A stretch of DNA of 64,000 nt from an uncultured Elusimicrobiaceae bacterium (GTDB taxonomy: Bacteria; Elusimicrobiota; Elusimicrobia; Elusimicrobiales; UBA9959): the NCBI GenBank assembly GCA_964415175.1, contig CAYPYG010000009.1:13377-77376 (forward strand), given 5' to 3'. Numbering within the stretch: position 1 is the first letter of the stretch; the number at the start of each line of letters is the position of its first letter. A model generated the notes under the pieces. It ran no database searches. It was given only the letters and a program-made list of their open reading frames with translations, and was not told the origin of the DNA. Both the position numbers and the translations under genes were made by a program. Below, in pieces: positions 59,258 through 64,000 of this stretch.

Positions 59258-59896
59258 ATGCCCCGCATACCCCAGCGCACGGTGGAGAGGTTCTTCCGCT
59301 ACTGCCAGTTCCTGCACTCCAAGGTGGAGGCGGGCTCGGAGTTCGTCTTCTCGCACGAACTGGCCGCGGCGGTGGGGGTCTCCCCTGAGCAGGTCCGGCG
59401 CGACTTCATGAACTTCCGGCAGGTCAAGGGGACCCCGCAGCGGGGCTACCCCGTCAAGGAGTTCATGGCGGCGCTCTACGCCCACCTGGAATCCTCCTCG
59501 CTGACCAAGATGGTCCTGGTGGGCGTGGGCAACCTGGGCAAGGCCATCCTCTCCTACTTCCTCAGGCGCCGGCCCAACCTCAGCATCGTGGCGGCCTTCG
59601 ACCTGGACCCCGAGAAGGCGGACAGGATATATGCCGGCTGTCGGGTGCATCATACCGGCCAGCTGGAGAAGGTGGTAGCCCGGGAGAAGGTCGCGGTGGG
59701 CGTCATAACGGTACCCGCCTCCTCCGCCCAGGAAGCCGCCGACGCGCTGGTACGGGCGGGAGTGAAGGGGATCGTCAACTTCGCCCCGGTGCAGCTTAAG
59801 GTGCCGCGCGGGGTCTTCCTGGAGCAGCTGGACATAACCCTGTCCATAGAGAAAGTGGCCTATTTCGCCCGCAAGATCAGGACCAAGGAGCAGTGA
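59258..59896 (+). CDS. rex: Redox-sensing transcriptional repressor Rex
   Basis: IPQRTVER, SHELA...QVRRDF wHTH, GVGNLGKA Rossmann motif, GIVNFAP. Confidence 0.93.
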   Translation: MPRIPQRTVERFFRYCQFLHSKVEAGSEFVFSHELAAAVGVSPEQVRRDFMNFRQVKGTPQRGYPVKEFMAALYAHLESSSLTKMVLVGVGNLGKAILSYFLRRRPNLSIVAAFDLDPEKADRIYAGCRVHHTGQLEKVVAREKVAVGVITVPASSAQEAADALVRAGVKGIVNFAPVQLKVPRGVFLEQLDITLSIEKVAYFARKIRTKEQ

Positions 59897-59897
59897 C

Positions 59898-60383
59898 ATG
59901 AGCGCACCAAGCAAAGTGGACGAGGTACTGGAGAACTACAGCTTCGCCAAGCGCGACAAGCTGATACCCATACTGCAGGACGTGCAGGCGGCCGACGGCT
60001 ATATCTCCAAGCCGGCGGCGCTGAAGGTGGCGCGTCACCTCGGCATACCCGCCAGCAAGGTGTACGGGGTGGCCACCTTCTACAACCAGTTCCGGTTCAA
60101 GCCGGTAGGCAAGCACCACATCCTGATCTGCCGCGGCACCGCCTGCCACGTCAAGGGTTCGGCCGGGGTGCTCAAGATGTGCGAGGAGGTGCTGGGGATA
60201 AAGGCGGGGGACACCACGCGCGACGGGCTCTTCAGCATAGAGGTCGTGGCCTGCATCGGGGCCTGCGGCCTGGCGCCGGTCATCAGCGTCAACGGCGAGT
60301 TCCACGCCAAGCTCACTCCCGACAAACTGCGCAGACTGGTGGACGATATAAGGAAAGCGGAGGCTTCCAATGGCTCGAAATAA
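59898..60383 (+). CDS. hydC: NuoE-like [2Fe-2S] subunit of trimeric [FeFe]-hydrogenase (HydC/HndA)
   Basis: VYGVATFYNQF, CRGTACHVKG, VACIGACGLAPV. Confidence 0.92.
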   Translation: MSAPSKVDEVLENYSFAKRDKLIPILQDVQAADGYISKPAALKVARHLGIPASKVYGVATFYNQFRFKPVGKHHILICRGTACHVKGSAGVLKMCEEVLGIKAGDTTRDGLFSIEVVACIGACGLAPVISVNGEFHAKLTPDKLRRLVDDIRKAEASNGSK

Positions 60384-62331
60384 GGACATCATAGGCGGGA
60401 ACCTCTCCGGCATACAGCCCTCGGCCCGCAAGGCCTTCCTGACCAGGGCCTTCGGCGGCGAGGATTACGCCGCGAAAGGCGCGGAACTGCGCAGGGAAAC
60501 GCTCTCCCGAGCCGTCATCTACGTCGGGGCGGGCACCTGCGGCCTCGCCGCCGGGGCCGCGAAGACGCTGGAGGCGGCCAGGAAATATATAAAGGAAAAG
60601 AAGCTGGCAGCCGATATCCTGGAAGTGGGCTGCCTCGGTTATTGCGCCGCGGAGCCGCTGCTGGACGTGCAGCTGCCCGGCCGGGCCCGGGTCTCCTTCC
60701 AGCGCGCGGCCGGCGAAGCGGTCCCGGCCATACTCGATTCCGTCTTCGCCGACGGGGCGCCGCTCAGGGACCATGTGCTGGGCCAGTTAGAGAATACCGG
60801 GGAAAAGTGGCCCAAAGTGCCGCTGGTCTCGGAGCATCCTTTCTTCGCCAAGCAGCTCCGCTTCGTGCTCAAGCACGTCGGGATCATAGACCCGCTCTCC
60901 ATACAGGAGCACATAGCCCGTGGCGGCTACGGGGCTTTCCTTAAAGTTATACATACCATGACCCCCGAACAGGCCTGCGAGGCCGTCGAGGCCAGCGGCC
61001 TGCGAGGCCGGGGCGGCGGCGGTTTTCCCACGGGCAGGAAGTGGAAGATCGCCCTGGCCTCCGACGCCGACCAGAAGTACATAGTCTGCAACGCCGACGA
61101 AGGCGACCCGGGGGCCTTCATGGACCGCTCCGCCATAGAGGGCGACCCGCACCGCGTGCTCGAGGGTATAGCCATCGGCGCCTACGCGATACACGCCAGC
61201 AAGGCTTATGTCTATATCCGCGCCGAGTACCCGCTGGCGATACGGAACCTCAGGAAGGCCATCGCCGACGCCAAGGCCTACGGCCTGCTGGGCGAGAACA
61301 TCTACGGCAGCGGCTTCGACCTCGACGTCATCATCAAGATGGGCGCCGGCGCCTTCGTCTGCGGCGAGGAGACCGCCCTGATGAACAGCATCGAGGGCCG
61401 GCGCGGGATGCCCAGGCCCCGCCCGCCCTACCCGGCCGTGCGCGGCCTCTTCGGCAAGCCCACCGTCATCAACAACGTCGAGACCTTCGCCAATGTCCCC
61501 GAGATCATGGCCCAGGGTCCGGCGGCCTTCGCGGCCGTCGGCACCAAGGGCTCCAAGGGCACCAAGGTCTTCGCCCTGTCCGGGAAGATAGAGCGGACCG
61601 GCCTCGTCGAGATACCGATGGGCACGACGCTGCGGGAGATCGTCTTCGATATAGGGGGCGGCATCGAGAACGGCATGGCCTTCAAGGCCGTGCAGATCGG
61701 CGGGCCCTCGGGCGGCTGCATCCCGGAGAGCCGCCTGGACATACAGGTGGACTACGAATCGATCAAGGCCGCCGGCGCCATGATGGGCTCCGGCGGGCTC
61801 GTGGTCATGGACGAGAAGACCTGCATGGTGGACGTGGCCAAGTTCTTCATGGACTTCATCAAGAAGGAGTCCTGCGGCAAATGCATACCCTGCCGCGAGG
61901 GCACGCTGCGCATGCTGGAGATCCTCAAGGCGATAACGCGCAGCCGTCGCAACGAGAAGGAGAACGACGCGCTGGCGCGCTTCTCCGGCATCATGCAGCT
62001 CGAGAACCTCTCCCAGGTCATCAAGGAGACCAGCCTCTGCGGGCTGGGCCAGACCGCGCCGAACCCGGTGCTGAGCACGCTGCGCTGGTTCCGCGACGAG
62101 TACGAGGCCCACATCTTCGAGCGCAAATGCCCCGCCGGGGCCTGCACCGAGATGCTGGAGTTTTCCATCGACGCCGATAAATGCAAGGGCTGCACCCTCT
62201 GCATGAAAGCCTGCCCCACGCAGGCCATAGTGGGCAAGCCCAAGGTACCGCACTATATCGTAGCGGAGAAATGCATCTCCTGCGGTTCGTGCAAGTCGGT
62301 ATGCAAGTTCAAGGCCGTCAGCGCCGCTTAA
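60370..62331 (+). CDS. hydB: NuoF-like flavin subunit (HydB/HndC)
   Basis: SGLRGRGGGGFPTG, CNADEGDPGAFMDR, GAGAFVCGEETAL, ESCGKCIPCREG, SLCGLGQ, C-terminal 2x[4Fe-4S]. Confidence 0.95.
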   Translation: MARNKDIIGGNLSGIQPSARKAFLTRAFGGEDYAAKGAELRRETLSRAVIYVGAGTCGLAAGAAKTLEAARKYIKEKKLAADILEVGCLGYCAAEPLLDVQLPGRARVSFQRAAGEAVPAILDSVFADGAPLRDHVLGQLENTGEKWPKVPLVSEHPFFAKQLRFVLKHVGIIDPLSIQEHIARGGYGAFLKVIHTMTPEQACEAVEASGLRGRGGGGFPTGRKWKIALASDADQKYIVCNADEGDPGAFMDRSAIEGDPHRVLEGIAIGAYAIHASKAYVYIRAEYPLAIRNLRKAIADAKAYGLLGENIYGSGFDLDVIIKMGAGAFVCGEETALMNSIEGRRGMPRPRPPYPAVRGLFGKPTVINNVETFANVPEIMAQGPAAFAAVGTKGSKGTKVFALSGKIERTGLVEIPMGTTLREIVFDIGGGIENGMAFKAVQIGGPSGGCIPESRLDIQVDYESIKAAGAMMGSGGLVVMDEKTCMVDVAKFFMDFIKKESCGKCIPCREGTLRMLEILKAITRSRRNEKENDALARFSGIMQLENLSQVIKETSLCGLGQTAPNPVLSTLRWFRDEYEAHIFERKCPAGACTEMLEFSIDADKCKGCTLCMKACPTQAIVGKPKVPHYIVAEKCISCGSCKSVCKFKAVSAA

Positions 62332-62342
62332 GGGGAAACGCC

Positions 62343-64000
62343 ATGAAACTCACCGTGAACGGAAAAGCAGTCGAGGCCCAGGCGGGGGAGACCCTGCTCA
62401 CCGTCCTGCGCCGCGAAGGGATACACGTACCGACGCTCTGCCACATGGAGGGCATGCTGCCCTCGGGCGCGTGCCGCCTGTGCGTGGTGGAGGTGGAAGG
62501 GCAGGCCAACCTGGTCACCAGCTGCTCTTTCCCGGCCGCCGACGGGATGAAGGTGAGCACCAACAGCCCCCGCGTCATAAACGCGCGCAAGACGGTCATC
62601 GAGCTGCTCCTGGGCACACACCCCGACGACTGCCTCTACTGCGCCAAGCAGTCCACCTGCGAGCTCAGCAAGCTCAGCGCCGACTACGGCGTGCGGACCC
62701 GCCGCTTTCCCGCCGCCAAGAAAAAGAAACCGCTGGACATCTCCAGTCCCTCCATCTCGCGCGACCCCGACAAGTGCATCCTCTGCGGCAAATGCGTGCG
62801 CGTCTGCGAGGAGGTGCAGAGCGTGGCCTGCATCGATTTCGTCAAGCGCGGCTCGGAGTCCTTCATAGGCTGCGCCTTCGACTCCAGCCTCAATGTCAGC
62901 TCCTGCATCAACTGCGGGCAGTGCATAAACGTCTGCCCGACCGGCGCGCTGACCGAGAAGAGCGACCTCGAGCCGGTCATGGACGCGCTGGCCGACAAGG
63001 ACAAGTTCGTCGTGGTCCAGCACGCGCCGTCCATCTCGGTGTCGCTGGCCGAGGAGTTCGGCCTGCCGGCCGGCACCGACGTCAACGGCGTGATGACCGC
63101 CGCCATGCGCAAGATGGGCTTCAAGGCCGTCTTCGATACCTCGTTCTCCGCGGACCTGACCATCATGGAGGAGGCCGGCGAGCTGGCCCACCGGGTAAAG
63201 AACGGCGGGGTCCTGCCGATGTTCACCTCCTGCTCGCCGGGCTGGATAAAGTTCATAGAGACCTTCTATCCCGACATGCTGCCGCACCTGAGCACCTGCA
63301 AGAGCCCCCAGCAGATGCTGGGCGCGCTGATCAAGACCCACTACGCCAAAAAAAAGGGGATAAATCCCGGGAAGATCTTCAGCGTCTCGGTGATGCCCTG
63401 CACCGCCAAGAAGTTCGAGGTCACCCGGCCGGAGATGGGCCGCGGCGGCTTCGCCGACATCGACGCGGTGGTCACCACCCGCGAGTTCGCGCAGTTGCTG
63501 CGCATCTACGGCATAGACCTGCGCACCCTGCAGCCGGAGGAGCCCGACCTCCCGTTCGGCGACCGTAGCACCGCCGGCAAACTGTTCGGCGCCAGCGGCG
63601 GCGTCATGGAGGCCGCGCTGCGCACCGCGCATTTCCTGCTGACCGGCAAGGAACTGGGCAATCTCAAGGTCGAGGCCGTGCGCGGCCAGGCCGGCGTCAA
63701 GGAAGCGAAAGTCAAGATCGGCTCCCTGGAGGTCGGCGTAGCAGCCGTCAGCGGCCTGGGCAACGCCCGCAAGCTGCTCGAGGAGATACGGGACGGGCGC
63801 AAGGACCTGCATTTCATAGAGGTGATGACCTGCCCCGGCGGCTGCATCAACGGCGGCGGCCAGCCCATAGCCCGCAACAAGGCGGCCGTGATGGAGCGCA
63901 TGCGCGCCCTCTACAACATAGACGCTTCCGAGAAGATACGCACCTCGCACGCCAACAAGGCCGTGCAGCAGCTCTACGCCGACTTCCTGGGCAAGCCCCT
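62343..64000 (+). CDS. hydA: Group A3 [FeFe]-hydrogenase catalytic subunit (3'-truncated; missing from the ORF track)
   Basis: Manual translation from ATG 62343: N-terminal [2Fe-2S] (PTLC...GACRLC), HxxxCxxC, 2x[4Fe-4S]; H-cluster motifs FTSCSPGW, MPCTAKKFE, EVMTCPGGCINGGGQP. Confidence 0.95.
   Translation, partial: MKLTVNGKAVEAQAGETLLTVLRREGIHVPTLCHMEGMLPSGACRLCVVEVEGQANLVTSCSFPAADGMKVSTNSPRVINARKTVIELLLGTHPDDCLYCAKQSTCELSKLSADYGVRTRRFPAAKKKKPLDISSPSISRDPDKCILCGKCVRVCEEVQSVACIDFVKRGSESFIGCAFDSSLNVSSCINCGQCINVCPTGALTEKSDLEPVMDALADKDKFVVVQHAPSISVSLAEEFGLPAGTDVNGVMTAAMRKMGFKAVFDTSFSADLTIMEEAGELAHRVKNGGVLPMFTSCSPGWIKFIETFYPDMLPHLSTCKSPQQMLGALIKTHYAKKKGINPGKIFSVSVMPCTAKKFEVTRPEMGRGGFADIDAVVTTREFAQLLRIYGIDLRTLQPEEPDLPFGDRSTAGKLFGASGGVMEAALRTAHFLLTGKELGNLKVEAVRGQAGVKEAKVKIGSLEVGVAAVSGLGNARKLLEEIRDGRKDLHFIEVMTCPGGCINGGGQPIARNKAAVMERMRALYNIDASEKIRTSHANKAVQQLYADFLGKP

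Noticed and set aside
63217-63246. HydA L1 motif TSCSP instead of TSCCP
   Set aside because: A common variant among multimeric [FeFe]-hydrogenases; not evidence of novelty.

Overview
GC-rich, densely coding bacterial chromosomal window. The gene set and the many secreted hypotheticals suggest an Elusimicrobiota-like fermentative anaerobe; this taxonomy is inference only. Housekeeping and metabolic content: the end of fba, a PiT/DUF47 phosphate pair, pepT, TolC+RND, a DUF3015-DUF4105-hydrolase cassette, NfnAB, PFOR, CbpA-like DnaJ, two DEAD-box helicases plus a beta-CASP RNase, a crtN-ald-crtNb C30-carotenoid cluster, a GlpA/LhgO-like flavoprotein operon, a TonB receptor/two-component cassette, msrB, mntP, and a response regulator-rex-hydCBA [FeFe]-hydrogenase operon cut by the window end. 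The most striking hidden element is absent from the ORF track. It is a tRNA-Asn(GUU) gene (23796-24403) split inside the anticodon by a 533-nt group I intron. The intron's P1 loop carries an HNH endonuclease ORF that reads on through the ribozyme core. Also visible: a recurrent TTGAC-N4-GTCAA palindrome upstream of secreted-protein genes, many -10 boxes placed for leaderless transcription, an unannotated 41-aa ORF, and three single-base frameshifts in C/G runs that are probably sequencing errors. No CRISPR array, rRNA, integrase or transposase was seen.
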